Made by a program: the position numbers and the translations under genes. A model generated the notes under the pieces. That model was not told the origin of the DNA. It saw nothing but the letters and a program-made list of their open reading frames with translations, and did not search any database. From Auanema rhodensis (taxonomy: Eukaryota > Animalia > Nematoda), in the NCBI GenBank assembly GCA_964057225.1, contig OZ059897.1:13702001-13766000 (forward strand): 64,000 nucleotides of DNA. The letters run 5' to 3'. Of this stretch, positions 14,801-28,000 are shown piece by piece (the first letter of the stretch is position 1; every line of letters starts with the position of its first letter).

Positions 14801-17800
14801 AGTCAAGAAATATCTTAAAGGAATTACTGTTAATTATGATAAAGTAACAGATATTTATACAGGTTTTTTATATTTTTTAATCGATAATTTATAATATTTC
14901 AAACAATTTATTTAGCTGTTCATGAAGGTTGGACTTGTTCATTAGGTGTTTTTCCTGTCAGTATAAAAAATGATGATTTCTTGAAGTTTGTTCCACTTGA
15001 AGAAACCAAAACATTGAAAAAAAACTTCCGTAAAAGGGTATGTTGTATGCAAATATTAAGATTTTTCAATAAAACGTATGAAATTAAGGTTTTGGGATCT
15101 AATCCACCACCTGATGCTCGCTTCTTTTTCTCAGTTGAAAGATTTGACTATACTAAGGGAATCAAGGAGAAACTATTGGCCTATGAAAGATATTTTGAGA
15201 AATATCCAGATCGTGTGGGAAAAGATGTTTTATTCCAGGTAATTTAAAATATTTTCAATAATGATACTTAATTTTTTGTTTCAGATTGCTGTTACAAATC
15301 GTCGTTCAGTTGATACCTACCGTGTATATCAAGATGACTGTATTGCTTTAGCTGATAGAATTAACAATCGCTTTGTTGATCCAACGAATAAAACATGGAA
15401 ACCTCTCATCTTCCAAACTGACGGTATAACTATTTTTTGAAAAGATTCTGAATTTCAATATTTTATAGGATTACCACGTAATGAATTGGTCGCGGCTTAT
15501 CTTGCTATGGATATTGGTATTGTTACTCCAAAGAAGGATGGCATGAATTTGGTATTCTATTTAATTTAGTAAATATGAGTTAAATATGTTTTAAGGTTGC
15601 AAAAGAAATGCTGGTATGTAACCCTAAAGCAGGTTTAATCTTATCAACCGGAGCTGGATCTGAAATCCAATTTACTTCATCGGGTCTATATAATGTTGAA
15701 GGAGAGAAGAATTATCATCGTGTTGATAATTTATACGACATTGAAGTATTTATTTATTATAATAATCATCTCATTAATTGCTTCCAGGCTTATGCTGATT
15801 CATTCTATGCTGCTGCTCTTGAACCTGAAGAACTTAGAAGCCAACATGGTCATCGCTTGAATGAATTCGTCCTAGCTAATGATATTGAACGATGGAGTAG
15901 TGCTTTCCTCGACCCTAGCTGGACTCATCAAGTCATCAGACCACAGCAGGTTAGAAGATGCAGCTTTCTGTTCTTTAATTGAAGTTGTATGTTTGTAGAT
16001 TGAAACATTGGATGATTTCTACTCATTAATGATGAGAACTTGTAATGTTCGTAGACAGATAGTTGACCGAGTTCTTAAAGGAATTCCTATTCGTGCTCAT
16101 TTCGCTATCAGCTTACGAAATGCCAAGGTAACGAGCATTCGTGAATTTATAAATTATTCATCAAAATATGTTCACAGGAATCGCTTGAGAATAGTTGTAG
16201 CCTGGACAGTCATACATTGGTTTTAAAATCAAGTCAAGATTCACCAGATCGGGCACGTTTGGACATCAAAAATGAACTTGATGAATTTGAAAAGGTTTCA
16301 TTTTTCACATAATCAAATATAAGTTAATAGATAATGTTATAGGATTTATCATTCCTTCGATATGTTGAAAGTGACGATGTTGACAACGTGGAACAGTTCG
16401 TAGCAGTTAGTTTCTTTGATAATTTTTTTAAAAACAAATATTCAAATTATTGTGAGAGAAGAAATAATATTTAAAGCAAAATCATAAAATTATATAAAAA
16501 AATAGAAATGTACTAAAGATTATTGGAAGTGATCGAATATTTGTTGATGAGAACAAATCTTCCTTTGAATCGCAATGTTTTTTATACTGACGACATGCAA
16601 AATGCTTTGGATATTTTGATTGGCATTTCGTCTTCCATGCTAAACATTGTTGTTTTCTATTTTTTCTTTTCTTGTTGCTGATAGATGACACCATATGAGG
16701 ATATAAATTATCCTAAATATCCGGAAGTAGATTGTTGAAGAATTAAAGATAAACTACCATATCTTTCAATGTACTATTTCCTGAGTAGCTTGAAGTAGTA
16801 TTATGGCAGTTTTTGTCATAAAAGAAACAATGACCCACATGTCCTCTCTTCTTCTTGTTGCAATTGCTCAGCAAATCGTGGCATTTCAACGATATTTCTG
16901 GTATTTGCTTGAGAGCAGAGGTGTTATAATGAAAACTGTAGCAAGTTTTTGACTGACTTCAAGTTTTTGTTTCACAGTTTCTTCATCTTGAGTCATTGCG
17001 TTAGATGAACACCAATATGGCCTACTCGTTTGGCAGTCTAAAGCACAATGACATAGCATTCGATAACAGTCTACATTTCCAAAGTAATAGCAATAATCTT
17101 CATTTCTGAAATAATTTATATAGAATCAACTTTCAATTTTAATTATAATGTTTGATATAAGTTTAGTTAAAAACATACAAAATTGAGCATTTCGATATCT
17201 GACAAGCTTGAATGCTGCTATTGCTGGCTTCAAACTTTAGAATGCATATGAATAGTAGTAGAAGAGTTTTAGCTCCAGATAAAATGAAATATTTCATCAT
17301 AATAAGCCAGCTTGTGTGTAGGTGTGTATATGATAAGACTAGATATAAGAAAATAAGACGATTTTAATTGTAATTATAGTTTATAACATAAAATTTAAAA
17401 AATAGAGAAAATAGAATTTTGAAAATTGAATAAGTTTGAAATAGTAAGATGTATGTTTTAAACTATCTATTAGAGAATTTATTTTATTAAATGAAAGAAC
17501 TGGTTCATCTAAAGTTTGTCACAATGATAAATCTAACTGATAGAATATTATTGAGAATAGAAGAGAAAAAAAATGAAAAAAAAAGTGATTTTATGAAGCA
17601 ATTAACAACTAAAGGTCATGGCTATTTTCGTAAAATTTGGCAATCTATGTTGTATGTCCTTAGCTATTACTTGCTAATCAAAATAAACATTTGTGGTTTA
17701 TAATAGTCTATAAGTAAGTTAAATCTCAATTCTATTAAGGATTTAATATTTGAAAGAAATTACAAACAATGACAATTAAAGAAAGAATGAAATTAATGAA

Positions 17801-20800
17801 AAAACAAAACATGATTTGTTTTTTGATAATAAATCAATAACAGGACTGCTTTTATAATTTTATATACAGTCATGTGTGATCAAAGTCGGACCTAGGTTTC
17901 TGAAAGGCCTCAGAAACCCGCTTCTCAAACTACAAACCAATTTTTTTTTAATTTATCAATGTTTTACATTCATGTATTTGATGAAAATATATGGTAAAAT
18001 AATAAAAATTGAATTTTTTTGGAATATTAGGGGAAGAATTCTGATAAGAGTCCGACTTTCATCGCACATGAAATTTATTTTAAAATTTTAAAGTTCATTC
18101 TAATGTGAACTATGAATTTGTAATCTTCAATGTTAGGTAGTTAATGAATTTGAAAAGCCTGCTTGATGCAATGCAGATTTAACGGATTTTGATTTCTCTT
18201 ATAAACAATTTTCGAAAGAGATTGTCCTCATTTTTCATTTCCATGTAGTATCTTCCTTTTCATAAAAGTTTTCTTCTTAAATTACAAAACTTTTGAAAAA
18301 AAAACCAGTTGAACTGCTTTGTAATTTAAAAAAAAACTATAAAACTGTGCTTTAGCTTCATAAACGTATTTGTAAAACTCGTATGCTCTTTTTCTATTCC
18401 TATTTTTTTGAAATATAATATTTTTTTTATTTTTTGTCTTATAGTATAGCTGAACAACTATAAATTCATTTTCCACCCAATAGAAACTATAGAAAATAGG
18501 AGAAGGAGAGAGAGAGACTTTTGAGCATGAGAGATAAATGGATAACATGGCTGCTTTGATGTCTCGAAGTGGAAAACCCGGTGGTAGCTTGAATTGTAGC
18601 CTAGCAACCAGCACACCATGCATATTCTCTTCAATACATTCGCTTTTCTCGCTCTCTATCTTTCTTTCTCCTGAACTTTTCTCCTCTCTATTTCTCTGGT
18701 GGTTACTCTTCAGTGCTTAATTCTCATACTATGCATCTATATGCATTGGCGATCTATTGACACACCTTGCGTTCTAGTCAGTTCAGCAGGTAGAAAGTCC
18801 CTCCCTCTTCCTGTTTAATTCTGTTTTTTCTATTTATTTGTTCACAATCTTCTATTTCGGAGTTAGTTATACTTGTTTCTAATCATTTAACGATTTGACA
18901 TTTTTTAATCTGAAATAACGTGAACTGATTCAATCCTTACAGAGTCTTTAAATATCAAGCTCGATAGCCTTCTTTCGTCTAACCTCTCACACAGATTAGC
19001 TGAGATAATCACTCAACTGCGACCTATCGTATAAACAGCTATTTATATTCCGTTCATAAGTGACAAAACTGTATTTGGTTAAGTTTACATAACCTGTCAA
19101 TTCGATCAATAAGCTATATACATATTCATTCACTATCTCTATAACTATGGGCTTATTAGACATAATCAAATCATTCAAATCTAACAATGGTCGTGAGATA
19201 CGTATTCTTCTACTTGGACTAGATAATGCTGGAAAAACGACATTACTCAAGCAGATTTCAACGGAAGATATTAACAACGTTGTTCCAACCAAGGTAGCTT
19301 TTACAATAAGTTCCGCTGATCTCTATTTCTGATCTTTTCCTCCAAATAGGGCTTCAATGTCAAATCGGTTGTAACAAGTGGAGATATTCGGCTTAATGTT
19401 TGGGATATTGGAGGCCAACGAGCTATTCGCCCATTTTGGTCGAATTACTTTGACAATACTGATGCATTAATCTATGTTATCGATAGTAGTGATCGAAAAA
19501 GGTAATTATCAAATGTAAATGAGAGTAGTTTCGAATATGCCTTCTCTTACTTCAAGAGAATCTGTTAAATTCGAAACTTAAATTTTTCATCCCATCACAC
19601 CTTGCTTTGACTTGATTTTCTTAAGATTTGATGAAACAGGGATGGAATTAATGGAATTACTGGAAGAGGAAAAATTGGAAAAAGTTCCAGTCCTCATATT
19701 TGCTAATAAGCAGGTTGGTATCACGTGATATATGGAGCTCAATATAGGAATTCTTGACTTGATTAATTTTTTTTGCTCATGAATATTCGAGATTATGAAT
19801 ACTCCTACCAATCATCTATTATTTTGCATAGTGTTCTTACAGGACTTACCTACATCAGCTAAAGCTTCCGAGATTTCTGCTCGTCTGAAGCTTACTGAAG
19901 TTCGAGATCGTGCATGGCAAATTGCCGCTTGCTCAGCTATATCTGGTGAAGGTGTTAGTGAAGGAATTAGATGGGTAGCTGATACAATAAAGGATCGCAA
20001 ACGTTAAATTCACGACATTGAATGAACTTTTTCTCAGGTTTAAGCGATCCTCATGTAAATCTCTCATGTCCTCATAATTTCCATTTTCTATTGTATCTCA
20101 TGTCCTTTCGTTTCTTTTCTACTTTCTCATTCAATTATCTGGCTAAATCGGTATAGATCAAAGATATATACCAGTAAATATGCCTTTTGAGACTTTTTCC
20201 TAAGAAATAATTTGAATTGAAATAAATAATAAAATTTCAATTTCTATATTGAATTATAAAAAAACTTTAATGTTTTTTCTTTATTTACATCATGAATTAT
20301 TGAAGCTTTATCATTTTTCATTCCATGGTGGCAATATGAAAATTAATTCAGTTCAGCTCGCTTTATTTTTATTTTTAATTATAATAAATATTAATTATAT
20401 GGACTTTGTAATATGTTGATTAAAACTGGAGTAGAGTGTTGAAATAGTGAAAAAGAAAGAAAAAAATTAATTTTATTTAGATTTAATTCCTTAAAAACTT
20501 ATTAATTTATCAATATTCATTCAGACATTGACAACTTCTACTTATGTATCTGAACAGGAATTTAAAGATGAAGTTCAAGGGGTATAATATTTTGAGTTGA
20601 AAATCCACAGTTTCCTTGATTTTCTAGGCTGTTGATTTGCTGTACCAAGCTGATCATTTCCAATATTTTTTCACTGATCGTGATGGAACTCTCAAAAGTT
20701 ATTCGTGTTCATATCCTAGTAGTATTCAACCAGCGTATTCTGGTGTTATTCAGGTGAGAATAATTTTTTAATAAAAACATATATTGAACAGAACAAAATA

Positions 20801-22081
20801 GTTAATTTTATAAGAGAATAGCTATGCTTAAACTGGACACAACCTGTTTTTGCGTTTTATTAGTAAAAATGAAAGCTGTTCTGAATAATATTATACGTTT
20901 TCACACGTGAAAGCTTATAAATTGTGTATTATTCTTTATTATTATAATTAATGATATTTATGTAATATATACATTATATTTATGTCTCTAGGCTCAATTT
21001 GCTCGACGATGTGCTCAGACTTGTTGTATTCTTACGACAGCTCCTCTCATGCATATTGGTAATATTAGTTTTCAGTTATTTCATTTAGCACAAAAGGAAG
21101 TTTTTTTTAGGAATTCTTGACGTATCAACAATTCCCCCTGGATATTACTATTATGGTGCTTCTGGTGGACGTGAATGGTTTATTGATCCAACGAATAAGT
21201 TCAAAGATACAAGTATTCCTGAAGATCATCTAACTATCTTGGATACGGTATGTTGACAGAAAATTAATTTTCTTTAAAAAATGATATATTCGATTTCCAG
21301 GTGTTCAATGAAATTTCCCATTTGCTTGAAATTCATGATTTCAAGCCATTCACATGGGTTGGCTCTGGTCTACAGAAACATTATGGACATTTAACTATTG
21401 CTCATCAAGATATTTATGGATCTGTAAGAAAAATCATTAAAATAGTAGACGATGAAGTTATTTTTTCAGGTTGGAGAAGCTCAAAGTGATAGACTTTATG
21501 CGGAAATATCACGCATTGCTAAAACTATTGATAAGGATGAGAGTATTTTGACTATTAACAGAACTGATTTAGACATCAAGATCATGCTTAAAGTAGCATT
21601 TTAGATAAAATTTTGAGAATTATATTTGTTTTTTTTTCAGGCGAAAGTTTCAGGAAAGGTTTGGAACAAAGGACATGGTCTGCATCTACTTTGTGAGAAA
21701 ATGAATTGCGTTCTCAAGGTTTGATTTCATTCATTCTGATAGAATCAAAAAACTTGTTGTCTGTTTAGGAGGGAAATCTTTTAATCTGTGGAGATTCATC
21801 TTCTGATTTACCCATGCTTGAAGAATGTCTTCTTCAGAATCCACAAGGAGTCTACACCATTTGGGTCACTACAGATGTGAATCTACGTAACAAGGTATTT
21901 TGCTTTTATTTTCATATTCTAACTGAATAACGCCATATAGGTAACCGATCTCTGTTCTTCCTACGGTAATACTAATGTGGCCTTTGTGTCATGTCCTGAA
22001 GTATTGCTTGGAGCTATGGCTCAGGCAACTATTCGCGAAATTAATATCGATAGACAATCTGATAGTCAGGAAGATGATTAA
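8790..22081 (+). CDS. tps-2: Trehalose-6-phosphate synthase (GT20 domain plus C-terminal HAD-like domain), tps-2-like
   Basis: Motifs [101 protein letters not shown]; stop at 22079-22081. Exons are confident from 12358. The micro first exon ATG TCA G|gt at 8790 is tentative (phase 1, matching the 12358 acceptor). tps-2 rather than tps-1 rests on recalled sequence and linkage to arl-3. Confidence 0.9.
10699..10778. repeat. (AT)n microsatellite, ~40 units
   Basis: Perfect AT run read directly. Confidence 0.97.
11787..11843. repeat. (TA)n microsatellite, ~28 units
   Basis: Perfect TA run read directly. Confidence 0.97.
12569..12617. promoter_or_regulatory. Cluster of E-box/ACGT sites in a tps intron
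   Basis: CACGTG at 12570, TCACGTGA at 12589 and CACGTCA at 12611, with 20-21 bp spacing in AT-rich DNA. Confidence 0.4.
16482..17300 (-). CDS. Secreted cysteine-rich protein (~216 aa) with hydrophobic GPI-like tail, nested antisense in the tps intron
   Basis: Four in-frame exons 17300-17179, 17105-16958, 16907-16758, 16712-16482. Signal peptide [25 protein letters not shown]. Cys-rich N-domain, two C-x6-C-x9/10-C-x6-C units, and tail [15 protein letters not shown]. Confidence 0.75.
18596..18608 (+). promoter_or_regulatory. Candidate RFX/DAF-19 X-box upstream of arl-3
   Basis: GTAGCC-T-AGCAAC fits the RFX consensus GTNRCC(N0-3)RGYAAC, ~540 bp upstream of the arl-3 ATG. ARL3 is a ciliary GTPase. 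Confidence 0.55.
19147..20007 (+). CDS. arl-3: ADP-ribosylation factor-like GTPase 3, nested on the same strand in the tps intron
   Basis: Exons 19147-19293, 19350-19501, 19626-19713, 19843-20007. MGLL N-terminus, GLDNAGKTT (G1), WDIGGQR (G3), FANKQD (G4), ACSA (G5); PTKGFNVKSV is typical of ARL3/ARL2. Confidence 0.92.
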
Positions 22082-24172
22082 GATCAGATTTTTTCCAATT
22101 TTTTTTATAAAAAAATGTTTTTCTTCTCTATGTCAAGTTTAATATATCATATTAAGGTAATATGTATCATATCGCTCATGATTGCTAGCTGTTGCTATAT
22201 ATATTTTTTGTTTATTTTTTTGAAATATTTTCATTTTGAAATGATTTTTTTTTATTCGAAGAAACTGAGACTTTTTTTTTGTGTATATGTCGGGTCTTTG
22301 AAGAGAGTAATAAAGTATTTTTTTTTGTCTTTCAATATCGTCTTATTCTTATTTTACTTTTTTTTTTGAAACAAACTGATTTTTCAATATAGAATCTTCA
22401 AAATTCAAAACAAACCATTGCTATTTCAGATGACAATTTCGTCATGTTAATTTTCATTATTATTTCCTTGTTGTTCCCTCATAACAGTAAGAATACTCAG
22501 AAAAAAACATTTCTTTATTTTCAGCTGTTTGACCTTTATTTGTTGCTTTTAGTTTTTTTATTTTTATTTCATCTTTTCACTATCGCTTTCTGTTCTTTTT
22601 TTTCTCTTTTGAATACATCGAAGATCTATTCTAAAGATAGATGTATACTAAAAAAAAAATTCTTTTTTTCATTTTCTGAACATTAGATATTCACTTTTGA
22701 AAAAAGCTAGTTTATTGCTTTTCTTGCTCGAGCTTTTGCAAGCTTGTCCTGAAACTATTTAATCTCAGATTCGCATGAACTTGGCAAGTTTCAAAGAAGA
22801 TTAGATGTTTCCGGCTTTTTTGAATTGTATGCAAAAATGTGAAAAATAGTTCTTTCTTATACAAAAAAAAAAACGGATGCATTGTATTAGTGCTATCTTA
22901 CTTGAATATTAAACATTAACTTTATGCATATACTTATGTAAGTTTAAACAACTTTCGTATATTTTATGATAAACGCATTGTATAATTCAATTTTAATTAT
23001 TTCTTTTTTTTGTTGGAAGAATTTAAATGAAAAAAAGCTATTTTTCCTGTTTTGACTCTCAAAAGAATTTTGATCATCAACAGAAACCTGACCGCTTCCT
23101 CTTTCAACGTAATTGGAAATAAGAATTTCACGTGTAAACGAATATATCTATATTTTAAAAGTTAATTAGAATATTCTTTTTTTCATTTTATCTCATATAT
23201 TTATTTATTCAAACATAGAAACAATACAACTTTTTTTTTTGACTCGATGTATGCATGTAACTCATCTCAAAACATGGTGAAATGAAAAAAAAATTATAAA
23301 TTATTCAATATATTAATTTAATTATTTTGAACTGTTTTCTTATGTTTTTTTTTCTTCATTTTAAGATAAAACATAAGGATATTACGTGAAATATTAATCA
23401 TATTCCTTTCATGTTTCGTTCTCTTTTGTTATTTTTGTTAAAGAAGAAAAAAACTTAATTTTACTTTTCTCTCTTTCCATTCCTTATTCAGATGTCAGCT
23501 TGTTGACCCGCCTCCCAGCTTGTCTTCTATCCTCAGACAACTTTCATCCCTCCTCACGTAGTTGACTCGGCTTCATTGCAACTTCCGTTGATAACTTTTG
23601 CATATATACTGATTATATATTGAAAAATATTTTCCTCCAGGAAAAAGTTGAAACATCTGCAATCATGTTTCTTAAAAAAAGAGCAACAGTTTTGTGTAAA
23701 ATTTGAAGTTTTAGTTATCACCAATATGAAAACTGAACTATTTCCATTATTGATCATTAATTTAATCTTTTATAAATATAGAAATAAATAAAAAAAACAT
23801 AATTTGAATAGTTTCATAATTATTTTTATAGATTATATTTATTATTTTTTGACTTATTATTCATTTTGCAATGTAATGACTACCTTCAGCAGTTTTATGG
23901 CAAAACAACTCACAGATATACAAAGTACTTATGCCGTTTTTCTTACATTTTATTGGCTTTTTGCTTTATATTAGCTTCTTTAGATTATTTCTGTTTCAAA
24001 TAATATCTGTAAATGGTCTCACTGTTCATCTTCAAACTTATTTGATCTCAATAGTCTTATTCAATGTATTTTAATTGTTCTCATCATTAACCTCGTTCTT
24101 CACTGAATAACTTTTGTAAATTCATCATTTTAAAACTTGCAGCTTTCAACTATTTCATCATCGAATTTCCAG

Positions 24173-25040
24173 ATGGCTAATGCACCAGCTGATCCGCATC
24201 ATTTCTCGTTTTCAAATCATAAACCAGTGAGTTTAACATGTTGCTAATATATATTTTTTTATTGTTAAAGAAAACTTTTCATCATGAATAAATGAAAAAT
24301 TAGAAAGTCTAGTCTGAACTGACAGAACATTCTGATAGTATCTCAGATTTGTTTTCCTTTTGTTTTGGCTACTATTTACGGGAAAACAGCTTAGGAATAT
24401 TTAGAAAAACACACTTAATTCTATAAAAAAAAATAATTGATAGGATTTGTCTGATATACGTTTCCGTATATAAAATAATTTATATATATCATTCAATTTT
24501 CAATAAAAAAATATGCTTTGATGTACAATCTAATATAATTATATATACATATAGCTATCTATCTATCTATATATATTTAATTAAAATACAGTATATGATG
24601 TGATCTTGTCTTCTTAATTCAAGTTCATGTAATTTGAACTTACTGCTGCTGCTGCTGCTGCTGCAAAACTTCATAGTCCTTATAGCAGTCGTAGGAAAAG
24701 AGCAAAATCATGTGAATTTGAGTCGTTCATCAGATTGCTGTCTGAGATTTTAGGGACATTTTTTGAAGAAAAAAAAGCCGAAAATCACATCAAAAACTCG
24801 TCTCAAAGCAATAATTCGTTTACAGCATATGTTCATCGTAATATGATGATGGTGAGGGGAATGAATTGATTGTGGACTATAGTGAGTTAAGAAAGATTAG
24901 AGAAAAAAGCTATTTCGTGTCAAGATATACGTTTTGTAAAAATTAGTATGATATGTGTTATACTTCTAGTGTGTATTCACAGAGATATACAGAAATTGAG
25001 AGAAATAGATAAAGAGAGAGAGAGAGAGAGAGAAATAGAT

Positions 25041-25077
<37 letters not shown>

Positions 25078-28000
25078 AGGAGAAAAGCACTGTCATGATA
25101 AGAAATCTTAACACTTCTTCTTTTGTTAAATGTAAAGATTATGTTTTGAATTTTTGTGATTTTTAAGTAAAAACTTTATATCTTCTAGTCTCTTATTTCA
25201 TTTTTCTTTTCTTTCAATAGCTATTAAACACCCATAACCCATTTCCTGCTTCCTTCAACGTTATTACCCTTCAAAGCAAGCAAAATGGGAGCAACCCGCT
25301 TACTTTACCGAGAATTTTTTTTCTGCGAATTTTCCTTTTTTCTTAAGTGACTTGAAGTAAAAGCGCAGAACGGAAACTTTACTTAAGTATGATCTGTCTC
25401 TATTTAAATTGTTTTGTTGATTTATGAAGGCTTTATGAGTACTTTTAAGCTATTATTCGTCTTTTTCACATTTTTTGTCAACATCAACTCTGAACTTTAA
25501 GATAAGAAAACTAATTTTTGCAGTTCTCGCTTCTCATATCCATCTTTGAGCATCAATCCCGAGTCACAACATGCACACTACATATCCCCATTTCCTTTCC
25601 AACAGTCTTTAAATGAAATTTCTTGTTTTCTGCTTAATGCTTTTTACTTTCATTCTTTACTCTTTCTTATTTGCCCTCATCTCAGTTTCCAAACTCGAAT
25701 TTCATTGTTTTTGAAGTTGTCTTACAACTTAATTAAGTTTAACTATTCCCTTATTTTATATTTTTTTATATAAAAAATATTAAATAATCTAGTTATATAT
25801 ACATAGACAGATATGTAAACGATTACTAAACATATCATATTATTATTTTTTTAATTTTTATATTCATAATCCCATTATTTATTTGTTTTTTAAACTATAA
25901 TATAGAAGAGTCTTTAAAACAATTTGATTTATTGAATTAGATACCATTTATCAGAAAATAATGTCATATTTCTAAAGCTCAATATTGAAATGTTTTAAAC
26001 AACAATGCTTTTGAGAAAAAACTATTTAAAAAAAAAGAAAAGAAAAAGTTTTCTCTGAACCAGTTTTGAACAACTGAGTTTGTTACCTCATCTTGACAAA
26101 GTTGTATGCCAAATAAACAACTTTTGAGCTTGAGCTCAAACACTACGAGCGCTAACTTCTATACATCAAGTATATGTTTTATAATATATATCTATATATA
26201 ATCATGTCTTTCTAATTAAATACGCAAAACCGAAATGATGCAGGTTCTGATATAAGTAATAAAGGTTCGGAAATAAGGAAATAAGCGGGAGTTGCTCCCC
26301 GCTGCTGCAGCTTCTTGTATAAGGGAAAGCCGTTTTCATATTTTCATTCAAATAATTCTGTGACGTCGCAGTACTGAGGCAGTTTGCGAATGTGCTTGAT
26401 CATTTGATTTTTTTCTTTTTTTTTCTTCTTGGGAATCTAGTCAATTCAACCATCGCAAATGCCTTCTAGACGTTGTCAGGTTAGCCATATTGTTTAATCG
26501 TTCAAGCATGTTCAACAATGTTTATACACAATAATTTTTTTTTATCTATGAATGTATAATATAGTTTTTATATATTTCTATGTGAATATTAGATGTAAAG
26601 TTGTTTCTTTTCTTATTTTTTTAGAATTCAAATTATTTAATTGTTGAGCAAGGAATGATATTGATATGTATAAAATAAACTAAAACATATAAATAATATA
26701 AATTAATTTGATTTTAGTATTAAACTTTTAGTTTTTTTAAGAATAATGTAATTTATAAAATATATTTATAACTTTTATTTATTTATAATATGAATAATAA
26801 TTTAATTATTATATTTAAATCTTTTTCTCCTTTTCAAATATATTTTATTTTGATTTTTGTCCTTATCTAACCTTTTATTATGTGTTGACTTATTTCCCTA
26901 TTACAATGAAATACACTTTCTTCTATAGAAAATAAAAATACATTTCCAGTATGATTGAAGAAGTGCAATCTTTAGACTAAATATTGCAAAGTAACCGCTT
27001 TTGACTTTCTAAAAATGAAAAATGAAAAGCCACCATTTTTCCGAGTATTCCAATCATTCATGCAACAGTCTTTAGAAAAAAAAACCTTTTTTAAACCAGT
27101 TCAATCAGCAATATTCTGTTATTTTAGGAGGTTTTTTACCTTATTTTAACCTCAACTATCTATATCTATCTATATCTATATGTTTCTTTTTAATATTTAG
27201 AATAGAATAGAATTATTTTATGTTTTTAGTATTAGATATACATCATTTAACTTATGTTTATGCAAAATCATGGAATAGAAAGCAATTTATAACAAAAAAT
27301 TAAAAAATATAATGTTTGAATAATTGTTTGACTAAGCTATATGATGCATAGTAGATTGCTTACTCTCGCAAATTCTCATTATTCCAACTTAAAGGTAAAA
27401 AATTACTGATGAGTAGATCTTCATTTATGCATGACGAAACAAGGAACAAATAAAAGCCAAAAGACATGCATTCTCGTTTTTTTTCGCTTCGCAAGCTTTT
27501 CTATTCCGAAAGTCAGTTCCGTTTCTTGAATTTTTAGTCGAACTTTCAATTCAACTGTTATCGCTTTACAAACAAAATTATAATAATTTGATAATTTGAT
27601 AGTTTATTTATACTTTGATACCTATGTTCTCTAAGTACTTCTTGTTCACTTACTATGTCAACTCTTCTTATACTCATTATATTCGAATCATTTTTGCTTT
27701 AAAAGCAAAATATTTGCAATTTTCTTCGTGTTAGATGCAATAACTCTTGAATTTGTCGTCTGATGTATAAATTAAATTTAAGGACTTAACATTCGAATTT
27801 TGCGAAAATATTAATAGTTATTCCATATATTTCGTTGTCGTCCCTAGTACATTTGATGTCGTATGGTTTACCATTCTTAGAATTTTCTTCATATTTGAAG
27901 CTATTTTTGAATAAAAATATTAGAGAGATAACTACTTATTTCTATAAACTTTTACTTGAATTGCTATAAAAGAAAATTCTGGTTCCGGAAAACAAGCTTA

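Noticed and set aside
19587-20000. Minus-strand ORFs over arl-3, and similar shadow ORFs over the MFS, BCCIP and cth genes
   Set aside because: Antisense shadows of real exons.
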